Shown in pieces: positions 53,991-62,785 of a stretch of 64,000 nucleotides of DNA. Every line of letters starts with the position of its first letter. Positions within the stretch are counted from its first letter, which is position 1. Both the position numbers and the translations under genes were made by a program. The notes under the pieces are model-generated. The model was not told the origin of the DNA. It was given only the letters and a program-made list of their open reading frames with translations, and ran no database searches. Source of the DNA: Solirubrobacterales bacterium (GTDB lineage: Bacteria > Actinomycetota > Thermoleophilia > Solirubrobacterales > 70-9); NCBI GenBank assembly GCA_036787695.1, contig DAIQOT010000001.1, positions 3,843-67,842 of the forward strand. Direction: 5' to 3'.

Positions 53991-54868
53991 CCCAGCTCGT
54001 CCAGGCGCGTCACGGTTTCGGCACACACCTTGGCCGCCCAACCCGCCGGGTCGTCGCCGACTTTGTTGTTGGAGACCCAGACCTTCTGGATCCCGAGCTT
54101 CGCCATCGCCTCCATGTCGGTGAGGAACTGGTCGGGCTCCTCGGCCGGGTTGACGGTGCTGTAGATGATCGTCTTCTCGATCTCGTCGTAGTCGCGGCCC
54201 TCGGTCTCGCAGTGCCCCTTCAGCACCTCGAGTTTGTGGGCGACCACGTCGACCTCGCCGCCGAACAGGTTGCAGGCGTCGCCGTATTTCGCCACCAGGC
54301 GCAGCGTCTTTTTCTCACCCGAGCCGCCGATCATCAGCGTCGGCCGCGGCTGCGACACCGGCGCCGGCACGCACAGCGTTTCAGCGAGCTTGTAGTGCTT
54401 GCCCTCGTAGGGGCCGTTGTCGTCGCTCCACATCTGGAAGCAGACCTGGATCGCCTCCTCGAGCAGCTCGAAGCGCTCGCCCATCGGCGGGTACGGAACG
54501 CCGAGCCCGTCGTGCTCCTCCTCGAACCAGGCGGCGCCGATGCCGAGCTGGGCGCGCCCCTCGGAGAGGACGTCGAGCGTGGTGACGATCTTCGCCAGCA
54601 GCCCGGGGTGCCGATAGGTGACCCCGGTGACCAGCAGGCCGAGGCGCATCCGCTCGGTCTGCGCGGCGACGTAGCCGAGGGCGGTGTAGCCCTCCAGCAT
54701 CGGTTCGGTGTGCGCGCCGATCGGCGGGATCTGGAACCAGTGGTCCATCAGCGTGAACTGGTCGGCGCCACCCTCCTCGGCGGCGCGAGCGGTCGCGGCG
54801 AGCACCGGCGCGATGTTCTCCGGGCCGCCCGGATAGGTGAAAGAGGGGTTGTGAATCGCGAGCTTCAA
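53987..54868 (-). CDS. LLM-class F420-dependent oxidoreductase
   Basis: 293 aa. LGLLVTGVTYRHPGLLAKIVTTLDVLSEGRAQLGIGAAW and PRPTLMIGGSGEKKTLRLVAKYGDACN resemble the F420-dependent LLM subgroup. TTG start with an AAAGG Shine-Dalgarno. Confidence 0.75.
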   Translation of the reverse strand: MKLAIHNPSFTYPGGPENIAPVLAATARAAEEGGADQFTLMDHWFQIPPIGAHTEPMLEGYTALGYVAAQTERMRLGLLVTGVTYRHPGLLAKIVTTLDVLSEGRAQLGIGAAWFEEEHDGLGVPYPPMGERFELLEEAIQVCFQMWSDDNGPYEGKHYKLAETLCVPAPVSQPRPTLMIGGSGEKKTLRLVAKYGDACNLFGGEVDVVAHKLEVLKGHCETEGRDYDEIEKTIIYSTVNPAEEPDQFLTDMEAMAKLGIQKVWVSNNKVGDDPAGWAAKVCAETVTRLDELG

Positions 54869-55000
54869 AAAAAGGCCTTTCGTTCAGACTGGGTCGCTTC
54901 CCGGGGAGACTAGGGAGGCGAGTTCGTCGGCTCGGCGGGCGGGGAGGGAGTCGGCGGAGCGCCTCGACCAATCGGGGATCGCTGCGTAGACTGCCGCGCG

Positions 55001-56035
55001 ATGTCGACCCGCCTCCGCTCGCTCCTCGTCGCGCTCCCGGTCCTCGCCTTGCTAACGCTCCCCGGCGCGGCGCTCGGGGCGAAGACGCGGACGAAAGTCG
55101 AACCCGCCCGGACGACCGGCTTCGTCAAAGTCCGCGGCACCAACGGCTGGGCGATCCAGATCACCGGCAGCACCACCAGCGCGGGTTCCGACCGCCGCAC
55201 CCTTAGCGTCTACGCGAACGGGCCTCACCACGAGGAGGTCACCTACCAGCGCTTCCCGGGTCGCCTCACCACGGACGGGACGATCGAGGCGAGGCTGCCC
55301 GGCGTCGGCCACATCGACCTCCGCTACGAACCGGCCGAGCACCACCGGATCGGCTACAGCAACTCGCCGGGCTGCACCAGCGCGCCGTTCACGATCGGCA
55401 GCAACGGCGTCTTCCGCGGCACGATCGAGCTCCACGTCACCGGCGGTCTCACCACGGTCGACGCGCACAGCGCCCATGGCGAACTCTGGCCCTCCCCGAA
55501 GGTGACCTGCCACGCGTCGGCCCACTCGAAGGCTCGGATCGAACGTGAAATCGAAACCACCGGGTCGGGGTACGAATCTCTCTTCGCGACCCGCAAGCTG
55601 GACGGCGGCACGCTCCGCTTCGACGTGACGAGCTTCCAGTTCCTGTCTCCGGCCCCTCCGACGCGGTTGGTCGAATTCTCGGTCACCTACGAGCGCCGAC
55701 TCCACGGTATGCGGCTCACCGCTGGAACCCGGGTCGAGGGGGAAAACCTCGAAGGCTTCGACCTCTCCCCCTCGACCGGGACGCCGAGCGAAGCTACCGT
55801 CGAACCGCCGGCCCCGTTCTTGGGAAGCGCCGCCTTCACGCTCGCATCGCCGACCGTCGCCAACTGGACGGGCGACCTGCGCGTCCCGATCCCGACCCTC
55901 GGCACCGTCACGCTGACCGGGCCGCACTTCAAACCGTCGCTCTGCGGCAGCGGCGGCTGCACCGACACCACGCCGGGAAGCCACGTCACGATCTCCACCG
56001 GCGGCTCCTTCGGCGGCAACTTCTTCGCCGGATAA
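55001..56035 (+). CDS. Secreted protein of unknown function
   Basis: 344 aa with a clear signal peptide (LLVALPVLALLTLPGAALGA). I recognised no domain. Confidence 0.55.
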   Translation: MSTRLRSLLVALPVLALLTLPGAALGAKTRTKVEPARTTGFVKVRGTNGWAIQITGSTTSAGSDRRTLSVYANGPHHEEVTYQRFPGRLTTDGTIEARLPGVGHIDLRYEPAEHHRIGYSNSPGCTSAPFTIGSNGVFRGTIELHVTGGLTTVDAHSAHGELWPSPKVTCHASAHSKARIEREIETTGSGYESLFATRKLDGGTLRFDVTSFQFLSPAPPTRLVEFSVTYERRLHGMRLTAGTRVEGENLEGFDLSPSTGTPSEATVEPPAPFLGSAAFTLASPTVANWTGDLRVPIPTLGTVTLTGPHFKPSLCGSGGCTDTTPGSHVTISTGGSFGGNFFAG

Positions 56036-56137
56036 ACCTGCAGAGCGCTCAACCCGGCTCAAGTTTCCGCACCCATCGGCCGATCTCCGGGTTGAAGAGA
56101 ACGCACGACGGGTCGCCCCTATGGCGGCCCGGTTGCC

Positions 56138-56169
56138 GGGGCCGGCCGTCCGCGACGACGGCCGGCCCC
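56138..56169. terminator. Bidirectional hairpin between convergent genes
   Basis: Perfect 13-bp arms GGGGCCGGCCGTC / GACGGCCGGCCCC with a 6-nt loop. Confidence 0.7.
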
Positions 56170-56195
56170 TCTCATGTCCGATGCGCGGCCTGTGG

Positions 56196-56591
56196 TCAGG
56201 CGTCGATGAGGCGGCCGGCCCAGTCGCCGACCTGATCGACGATCGCGACCACGGCTTCGCGGTCCAGCGGCTCGGCGTCGAGAAGCTCCTCGTAGCGCAA
56301 CCCTCGGGCGTAGACGGTGAGTTCGTCAATCCAGTCGGCCCCAGGCGGCGCTTCGATCCCGGCCGCAGCGAGGTTTTCGAGCAGCACGCCGAGGTCGTGC
56401 TCTTTCTTGAGAGGCAGACCACGCGCGGCCATGACGGCCTTCAGCCGCTTCTCGATCGCCTGCTGCGCGTGGAAACCGACGGACTCGTCGTCGATATCGG
56501 GATTGGAAGCGAGCAGCTTCATCGCCTTATCGTCCCCGTCAGCCTTTCTTGCCAGAACGCGGGCGCGATCGCGGTCGTCAGGCCTCGACAA
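56196..56591 (-). CDS. HEPN-domain protein (toxin-like partner of MNT)
   Basis: 131 aa. The FHAQQAIEKRLKAVM ... EHDLGVLL pattern resembles PF05168 HEPN. It overlaps the upstream MNT gene by 14 nt. TTG start. Confidence 0.65.
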   Translation of the reverse strand: MSRPDDRDRARVLARKADGDDKAMKLLASNPDIDDESVGFHAQQAIEKRLKAVMAARGLPLKKEHDLGVLLENLAAAGIEAPPGADWIDELTVYARGLRYEELLDAEPLDREAVVAIVDQVGDWAGRLIDA

Positions 56592-56949
56592 GTACTCGCC
56601 CTTCCGTGAGGGCGTCGTTCAGTAGCGACCCCTTGAAATGTCCCCATTCATCGACGTGCTCGCGGCTAACGACGATGACGTCCAACCCGACACCGAAACC
56701 ACGGAGCGCGCGGCGAAGTCGCGCCGACTCCGCTCGTGGCCTATCGACCTCTCTCGGCTCGATCACCAGAAGGTCGACGTCAGAGTCCGGTCGCTCCTCG
56801 CCGCGGGCGCGGGAGCCGAAAAGGATCACCTCCGCGCCTGGCGCGGCGACGGCGAGTCGGCGGCCGAACTCCTCGATCAACTCCTGACTGTCCGGCGACC
56901 TCGGCGATTCCATGGACGGAGGGTTTCGCGCCCGGCCCTTATAGGCCAT
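56578..56949 (-). CDS. Minimal nucleotidyltransferase (MNT) domain protein
   Basis: ILFGSRARGEERPDSDVDLLV is the classic GSxxRGx...DxD NTase motif. ATG 56913 is an alternative start. Confidence 0.72.
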   Translation of the reverse strand: MAYKGRARNPPSMESPRSPDSQELIEEFGRRLAVAAPGAEVILFGSRARGEERPDSDVDLLVIEPREVDRPRAESARLRRALRGFGVGLDVIVVSREHVDEWGHFKGSLLNDALTEGRVLVEA

Positions 56950-56961
56950 AGCCTAAAGTCC

Positions 56962-57237
56962 ATGTCCGTACGAGCGATCCCGGACCAGGGGCAGTTAGGC
57001 CGGGCGATCAGAGAGTTGCGCCACGAGCGGGAGATGACGGGCGAACAGCTCGCCTTCGCTGCGCAGGTAGACCTCGCCCATCTCAACCGAGCCGAAAACC
57101 ACGGCCGCAACCTCACCTGGGCAACCTTCGTCGGCGTCGCCAGAGCGCTCGGCGTTTCCGCGTCAGAACTGGTCATGCGTGCAGAAGAGGTCGCGGCGCG
57201 TGATCGAGCGGAGTCCAGCGCGGGGACTGATGGCTAA
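56962..57237 (+). CDS. XRE-family helix-turn-helix protein
   Basis: 91 aa. LGRAIRELRHEREMTGEQLAFAAQVDLAHLNRAENHGRN is a Cro/C1-type HTH. It is divergent from the MNT gene with a gap of only 12 nt. Confidence 0.7.
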   Translation: MSVRAIPDQGQLGRAIRELRHEREMTGEQLAFAAQVDLAHLNRAENHGRNLTWATFVGVARALGVSASELVMRAEEVAARDRAESSAGTDG

Positions 57238-58427
57238 AAGCTCGGCGTGAGGACCGGCGGGGGGCGGAAGCGCTCGGCCAGCCAGATGGCGGGGAGGGAC
57301 AGGGCGGCCATCGCGAGGAAGGCGGCGGTCGGGTGGTGGACCAAGGCTTGGACGACCAGGGCGACGACGAGGCCACCTAGGTTGCCGGCGAGCCAGACGA
57401 TCGCGCCGGCGGTGGCGGCTTGGGTGGGGCCGGAGAGGCGCTCGGCGGCGGTGAGGATTATGGGGAGGGCTGGGAGGAGGACGAAGCCCATCGCGGCGAG
57501 GATGATGGCTCGGGCGGCGGTCGGGGTGGCGAGGCCGAGGAGGGTCGGGCCGAGGATCGCGGTGATGGCCGCTGCTCGCATGAAGGCGCGCTCGGCGCCG
57601 CGGCGGTCGACCAGGGGCGGGAGGATCGCGCAGCCGACCATGCCGAAGACGAGCATCCCGACGAGGAGGGCGCCCGCGGCGCCTTCGGAGACGCCGGCCG
57701 GTTCGAGCAGGGTCTGCAGCCAGGTGGTGAGGGCGACGAAGACGCCGAAGCCGACGAAGACGAGCCCGGCCATGTTGCGCATCTGTGGCTTCGCCCAGAG
57801 GGCGCGGACGGCGCGGCCCTCGACCGCGGCGCGCTCTTCGCCCGGGCCCTCGTTCGGGGCGGGCGCTCGCAGCTCCCAGACGAGGATCGCCGCGGCGGCG
57901 AGGGCGAGGATCGCCTCGACGATGAGCAGGCGCTCGATGTGCCCGCCGCCGCCGAGGGTCGGCCCGAGTAAGAGCGCGATCAGCATCCCGGCGAAGCCGG
58001 CGCCGGCGCCGGCCGCGATCCCGGCGGGGCGGTCTTCGGCCGGCAGGTAGTCGGCGGCGAGCTTGCCGACCGCGTTGAGGATCAGCGGCTGGGCGACCGC
58101 CACCGCGACCTGGCCGGCCATCGCCCAGGCGAAGGTCTGGCCGCCGAGCCGCAGGACGCCGCCGAGCGCGACCAGCCCCGCGCCGCTCGCCAGCGCCGGG
58201 CGGAAGCCGGCGTCGAGCAGCCGCCCGGCGGGGAGCGCCAGCACCACGTAGAGGAGCGGGAAGATCTCGGCGAGCCAGCCGATCGCGTCGGTGGAGACGC
58301 CGTAGTGGTGCGCCGCCGAGGTGTCGATCGGCGCGAAGGTGAGCCAGAGGATCTGCGTCGCCGCGGCGACCAGCGAGTAGGCGATGACGACGCGCCTGCC
58401 GCGCCCCGGGGATCCCATGCCGCGCAC
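57234..58427 (-). CDS. MFS transporter
   Basis: 397 aa with about 12 hydrophobic segments. The start codon is uncertain. Confidence 0.75.
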   Translation of the reverse strand: MRGMGSPGRGRRVVIAYSLVAAATQILWLTFAPIDTSAAHHYGVSTDAIGWLAEIFPLLYVVLALPAGRLLDAGFRPALASGAGLVALGGVLRLGGQTFAWAMAGQVAVAVAQPLILNAVGKLAADYLPAEDRPAGIAAGAGAGFAGMLIALLLGPTLGGGGHIERLLIVEAILALAAAAILVWELRAPAPNEGPGEERAAVEGRAVRALWAKPQMRNMAGLVFVGFGVFVALTTWLQTLLEPAGVSEGAAGALLVGMLVFGMVGCAILPPLVDRRGAERAFMRAAAITAILGPTLLGLATPTAARAIILAAMGFVLLPALPIILTAAERLSGPTQAATAGAIVWLAGNLGGLVVALVVQALVHHPTAAFLAMAALSLPAIWLAERFRPPPVLTPSF

Positions 58428-58562
58428 CCTAGGCGGCCCCCGCTCCCGTCGCGCGCCGGAGCCGTCCGGACCCGGCCCTCGGGGCCTCCTTGGTGGCCGG
58501 TGACCCGGCGGCGACGCGATCGGCTAAGGTCCGCGCCGCCCTCGTATTAGGGCGCCCTAACT

Positions 58563-59756
58563 ATGCCTTCGTCCCGTCGCCTCTTCACCAAGATCCACCG
58601 CTGGATCACCTTCGCCCTCGGCCTCGTGCTGCTGGCGGTCGTCGTCTCCGGCGTGCTCCTCGTCTTCCAGCCGGAGATCGAGCAGGTCACCCACCCCTCG
58701 CTCTACGACACCGCGTCGGGCCCGGCGAAGCTGAGCCCGGGGCAGGCGCTCGCCGTCGTCAAACGCGAGCTGCCCGAACTCGCATGGACCGGCGCCGAAA
58801 TCTACGACCAGCGCGGCGCCTGGGAGGTGCACTCGCCGAGCGGCACGGTCGCCCGCGTCGACAACACCGACGGCCGGCTACTGGGGACGATCGACCGCGA
58901 GCACGGCTTCATGGCCTTCATGGAAAACCTGCACGAGTGCGGCTTCACCTGCGAAGAAGAGTCGGGATACATCGGCTTCCTCAACAAGCCCGCACAGATC
59001 TGGAGCTTCGATCTGACGTTGGGCAACGAAGGCACCTGGGGAACCGTGATCCTCGCCGTCTCGGCGCTGGTGCTGCTGGTTCTCGTCATCACCGGCATCT
59101 GGATCTGGTGGCCGCGCAAGGGCGGCTTCCGTCGCTCGCTGCGGCTGCGGCGCGGCGCCGGCCGTTACAAGTTCCACTACGACCTTCACAAGATCGTCGG
59201 CATCGTCGCCCTTCCCGCGCTGCTGATGTGGGCGCTGACCGGGATCAACTTCGAGCTCCCGAAGCAGACCGAAGGCGCCTACTACGCGGTCACCCCCGGC
59301 TCGCCGGCGCCCGAATCGATCTACGAATTCGAATCGAGGCCGGGGACCGGGCCGGGCATCTCGATGAAGCGGGCGGCCATCGACGCCGAAGCGGTCCTGC
59401 CCGGCGGCACGGGCCACTCGACCCTCGACTCGATCAACAGCCCCGACCCCGGCGAAGGCGGCTCCTACTACGAAGTCTGGTTCTCCCACGGGATCGACAC
59501 CTACCGCTACAGCCAGTACCCGGGGAACTTCGGCGTCTACGTCGACCGCTACAGCGGCGAGGCGCGCCAGTTCTTCCCCAACCCGGGCAACGCGACGGCC
59601 ACCAACGAATTCATGCAGAACTGGGCCGGCGCCCTCCACATGGGGATGCTCGTCGGCTGGCTGCCGCGCACGCTCTGGTTCGTCTTCGGCGTGGCGCCGG
59701 TGCTGCTGGCGCTGACCGGGATCGTCACCTGGCTGATCCGCCGCCGTCTAGGCTGA
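58563..59756 (+). CDS. PepSY-associated TM helix protein (PiuB-like)
   Basis: The N-terminus (FTKIHRWITFALGLVLLAVVVSGVLLVF) and later HYDLHKIVGIV and ALHMG motifs are typical of this family. Confidence 0.72.
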   Translation: MPSSRRLFTKIHRWITFALGLVLLAVVVSGVLLVFQPEIEQVTHPSLYDTASGPAKLSPGQALAVVKRELPELAWTGAEIYDQRGAWEVHSPSGTVARVDNTDGRLLGTIDREHGFMAFMENLHECGFTCEEESGYIGFLNKPAQIWSFDLTLGNEGTWGTVILAVSALVLLVLVITGIWIWWPRKGGFRRSLRLRRGAGRYKFHYDLHKIVGIVALPALLMWALTGINFELPKQTEGAYYAVTPGSPAPESIYEFESRPGTGPGISMKRAAIDAEAVLPGGTGHSTLDSINSPDPGEGGSYYEVWFSHGIDTYRYSQYPGNFGVYVDRYSGEARQFFPNPGNATATNEFMQNWAGALHMGMLVGWLPRTLWFVFGVAPVLLALTGIVTWLIRRRLG

Positions 59757-59761
59757 GCCGC

Positions 59762-60538
59762 ATGCCCGAGCTGCCCGAACACGTCGAGCGCAACCGCTCC
59801 GCCTGGGACGGCTGGGCGAGCGAGTACGTCGACGAGGGGCGGCGCAACTGGGAGAGCGAGGAACCGATCTGGGGCCTCTTCGCGGTCCCCGAGTCGGAAG
59901 TCGGGCTGCTGCCGAAGGAGCTCGAGGGGCGCGACGCGATCGAGCTCGGCTGCGGCACCGGGTACGTCTCCGCATGGCTCGCGCGGCGCGGGGCGCGTCC
60001 GGTCGGCATCGACAACTCCGCCAAGCAGCTGGAGACGGCGCGCGGCTTCCAAGAGGAGTTCGGGATCGAGTTCCCACTCCTCCACGGCGACGCCGAGCAC
60101 GTGCCCTACTCCGACGCCTCCTTCGACATCGCGATCTCCGAGTACGGGGCGAGCATCTGGTGCGACCCGTACGCCTGGATCCCCGAGGCCGCGCGGCTGC
60201 TGCGGCCCGGCGGCGAGCTGGTCTTCCTCGTCAACTCGACGCTCGCGGTCCTCTGCGGCCACGACGACGTCAACGTGCCCGCCGGCGATCGGCTCCTGCG
60301 CCCGCTCTTCGGCATGCACCGGGTCGAATGGGAGGGCGACCCGTCGGTCGAATTCCACCTGCCGCCGGGGAAGATGATCGAGCTGCTGCGCGACTGCGGC
60401 CTCGAGGTCGAGGAGCTGATCGAAGTCCGCCCGGCGGCCGACGCCACGACCCGCTTCAAACACATCGCCCTCGACTGGGCGCGCGACTACCCGTGCGAGG
60501 AAGTGTGGCGGGCGCGCAAGCGCGGAGCGGACCGATGA
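59762..60538 (+). CDS. Class I SAM-dependent methyltransferase
   Basis: Motif I AIELGCGTGYVS and post-I VGIDNS. 258 aa. Confidence 0.8.
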   Translation: MPELPEHVERNRSAWDGWASEYVDEGRRNWESEEPIWGLFAVPESEVGLLPKELEGRDAIELGCGTGYVSAWLARRGARPVGIDNSAKQLETARGFQEEFGIEFPLLHGDAEHVPYSDASFDIAISEYGASIWCDPYAWIPEAARLLRPGGELVFLVNSTLAVLCGHDDVNVPAGDRLLRPLFGMHRVEWEGDPSVEFHLPPGKMIELLRDCGLEVEELIEVRPAADATTRFKHIALDWARDYPCEEVWRARKRGADR

Positions 60539-60963
60539 GCACGGGACTCACTCCGGAGCTTCGCGAGCTGGTCGAAGCGGCGCCGCTGGTCCACCTCGCG
60601 ACCGTCGATCCCGACGGCGCGCCGCAGGTGAGCGTGATCTGGATCGGCCTCGACGGCGACCAGCTGGTGAGCGGGCACATGTCGCGCTACCGCAAGATCC
60701 GCAACGTCGAACGTGACCCGCGCGTCGTCCTCTCCTTCACCGCCCCGCGCGACACCAGCGCCTTCCTCAATCCCTACGCGGTGATCCACGCCCGCGCCAC
60801 GGTCGAACCCAGCGATGGGGCATGGGACCTGCTCGATCGGTTGACCAAGCTCTACATGTCCCCGGATGACGAGTTCCCCGCGCCCCGCGGGCCTGGCCTG
60901 ATCCTCCGCTACGAGATCGAGCGCGTCGGTGGCGTCGGCCCGTGGGCGCCGTCGCGCCGCTAG
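60535..60963 (+). CDS. PPOX-class (pyridoxamine-5'-phosphate-oxidase-like) probable F420-dependent enzyme
   Basis: 142 aa with LVHLATVDPDGAPQVSVIW ... RKIRNVERDPRV pattern. ATGA overlap with the methyltransferase. Confidence 0.7.
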   Translation: MSTGLTPELRELVEAAPLVHLATVDPDGAPQVSVIWIGLDGDQLVSGHMSRYRKIRNVERDPRVVLSFTAPRDTSAFLNPYAVIHARATVEPSDGAWDLLDRLTKLYMSPDDEFPAPRGPGLILRYEIERVGGVGPWAPSRR

Positions 60964-61664
60964 TCGAGCGCGCGCAGGCCGGCGAGCAGGACGCTCGCGG
61001 CGCGGGTGAGGCGGCCCTCGAGGTCGAGCAGGAAGTGGCCGAGCCGCGGCTCTTCTTCATATAGGCGGGCGAGGGGCTCCGGCGGGGTGGCGATCTGGTA
61101 CATCGAGCCGGCCAGGAGCGCGACGTAGGAGACGGCCTCGCGGCGCTCTTCGTCGTCGAGTTCCGGCAGCGGGCCGGCGAGCGCTTCGGCCACCGCGGCG
61201 ACCGCGCCGGTCGAGGTCTGCTTGTAGGCGCGGACCGCCTCGATCGAGGCGTGGCGCTCGAGGTTCAGCGCCGCGTGCGGTAGCAGGTCGCAGAGCAACG
61301 GGCGGGAGACGAAGCTGCGCGCCAGCGTCGCCGCGACCGCCTCGGCGTCGCCCGGCGCGATCCCACCGAACGCCGCCGTCACCTCCGCTTCCCAGTCGCG
61401 CCATTCGCGGGCGGTGAGCTCGAGGAAGATCTGCTCGCGGGTCTCGAAGTAACGCAGCAGCGCCGACTTGTGGATGCCGACAGCGCGGGCGATGTCGGAG
61501 AGGGAGACGGCGCGGACGCCGTCGCGGCGGGCCAGATCGGCGGCCGCGGAGAGGATTTCCTCGCGCCGCTGCTCCTTCTGCTCGGGACGCCGGGCGCGCT
61601 GGAAGGAATCGGTCGCGGCCATCGCTTCGCTGTTCGCCCTCGCCTGTCGGCTCGTCTTCGCCAT
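60960..61664 (-). CDS. TetR-family transcriptional regulator
   Basis: N-terminal HTH REEILSAAADLARRDGVRAVSLSDIARAVGIHKSALLRYF. Confidence 0.85.
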   Translation of the reverse strand: MAKTSRQARANSEAMAATDSFQRARRPEQKEQRREEILSAAADLARRDGVRAVSLSDIARAVGIHKSALLRYFETREQIFLELTAREWRDWEAEVTAAFGGIAPGDAEAVAATLARSFVSRPLLCDLLPHAALNLERHASIEAVRAYKQTSTGAVAAVAEALAGPLPELDDEERREAVSYVALLAGSMYQIATPPEPLARLYEEEPRLGHFLLDLEGRLTRAASVLLAGLRALD

Positions 61665-61678
61665 GCCCCTAGTGTAGC

Positions 61679-61721
61679 TAACGCAACGGTGGTATCTTAT
61701 TTACACAACGCCGTTTCGTTA
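61679..61721. promoter_or_regulatory. Candidate TetR operator in the tetR / SDR divergent region
   Basis: Inverted arms TAACGCAACGG / CCGTTTCGTTA match at 10 of 11 positions, separated by 21 nt, in a locally AT-rich stretch. Confidence 0.35.
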
Positions 61722-61739
61722 AAGATCAAAGGAGCCAAG

Positions 61740-62654
61740 ATGCCCGCCGATTCCCCCACCCCCACCGCCGCCGCGCCCGATCGGGCACGGCCCATGGTGT
61801 TCTTCCTCACCGGCTCGAGCCGCGGCCTCGGCCGCGCGATCGCCGAGGCCGTCCTCGACGCCGGCCACCAGCTCGTCGCCACCGCCCGCCGGCCCGAGCA
61901 GCTCGACGACCTCGTCGCCGCGCACCCCGACCAGGTCCTCGCCCTCGCCCTCGACGTCACCGACCCCGCCGCGGCGGAGGCCGCCATCGCCGCCGGGCGC
62001 GAGCGCTTCGGCCGCATCGACGTCGTCGTCAACAACGCCGGGTACGCGAACCTCGCCGCGGTCGAGGACATCGATCCCGACGACTTCCGCGCCCAGGTCG
62101 ACACCAACCTCTTCGGCGTCGTCAACGTGACCAAGGCGGCGCTGCCGGTGCTGCGCGAGCAGGGCGGCGGCCACGTCATCCAGGTCTCCTCGGTCGGCGG
62201 CCGCCTCGCCACCGCCGGGCTGTCGGCCTACCAGTCGGCGAAGTGGGCGGTCGGCGGCTTCTCCAGCGTCCTCGCCAAAGAGGTCGGGCCGCTCGGCATC
62301 AAGGTGACGGTGCTCGAGCCGGGCGGGATGCAGACCGACTGGGCCGGATCGTCGATGAGCGTGCCGCCGATCTCCGAGCCCTACGAGCCGACCGTCGGCG
62401 CGATGGCGGCGATGCACAACGGCGACGGCATCATGCTCGGCGACCCGGCGAAGGTCGCCCAGGTCGTCCTCGAGGTCGCCGCGATGGACGAGCCGCCGCT
62501 CCGCCTCATCCTCGGCAGCGAGGCTTACGCCTACGCGACCGCCGCGGCCCGCGCCCAGGCCGAGTCCGACGAGCGTTGGCACGACCTCACGGTCTCGACC
62601 GACCGCGACGACGCCACCGCCGCCGACCGCGACCCCCTCGGGACCGCTGCATAG
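61740..62654 (+). CDS. Short-chain dehydrogenase/reductase (SDR)
   Basis: TGSSRGLG cofactor motif, NNAG, and catalytic YQSAK. AAAGGAG Shine-Dalgarno before ATG 61740. Confidence 0.85.
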   Translation: MPADSPTPTAAAPDRARPMVFFLTGSSRGLGRAIAEAVLDAGHQLVATARRPEQLDDLVAAHPDQVLALALDVTDPAAAEAAIAAGRERFGRIDVVVNNAGYANLAAVEDIDPDDFRAQVDTNLFGVVNVTKAALPVLREQGGGHVIQVSSVGGRLATAGLSAYQSAKWAVGGFSSVLAKEVGPLGIKVTVLEPGGMQTDWAGSSMSVPPISEPYEPTVGAMAAMHNGDGIMLGDPAKVAQVVLEVAAMDEPPLRLILGSEAYAYATAAARAQAESDERWHDLTVSTDRDDATAADRDPLGTAA

Positions 62655-62668
62655 CCGTCACGAAACAT

Positions 62669-62711
62669 GCGCGTCGACTTCTGGTCCCTGAGGGACCGAA
62701 AGTCGACGCGT
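62669..62711. terminator. Bidirectional hairpin between convergent SDR and ALDH genes
   Basis: Arms GCGCGTCGACTTCTGGTCCCT / AGGGACCGAAAGTCGACGCGT are largely complementary. A second hairpin lies at 62731-62769. Confidence 0.6.
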
Positions 62712-62785
62712 ACACCGGTCAGAAAGACGTGAGGAGAATCCTGGGTATCCAGCACCCGGGATTCGCCTCGCGTCTCGGCGCTCCG

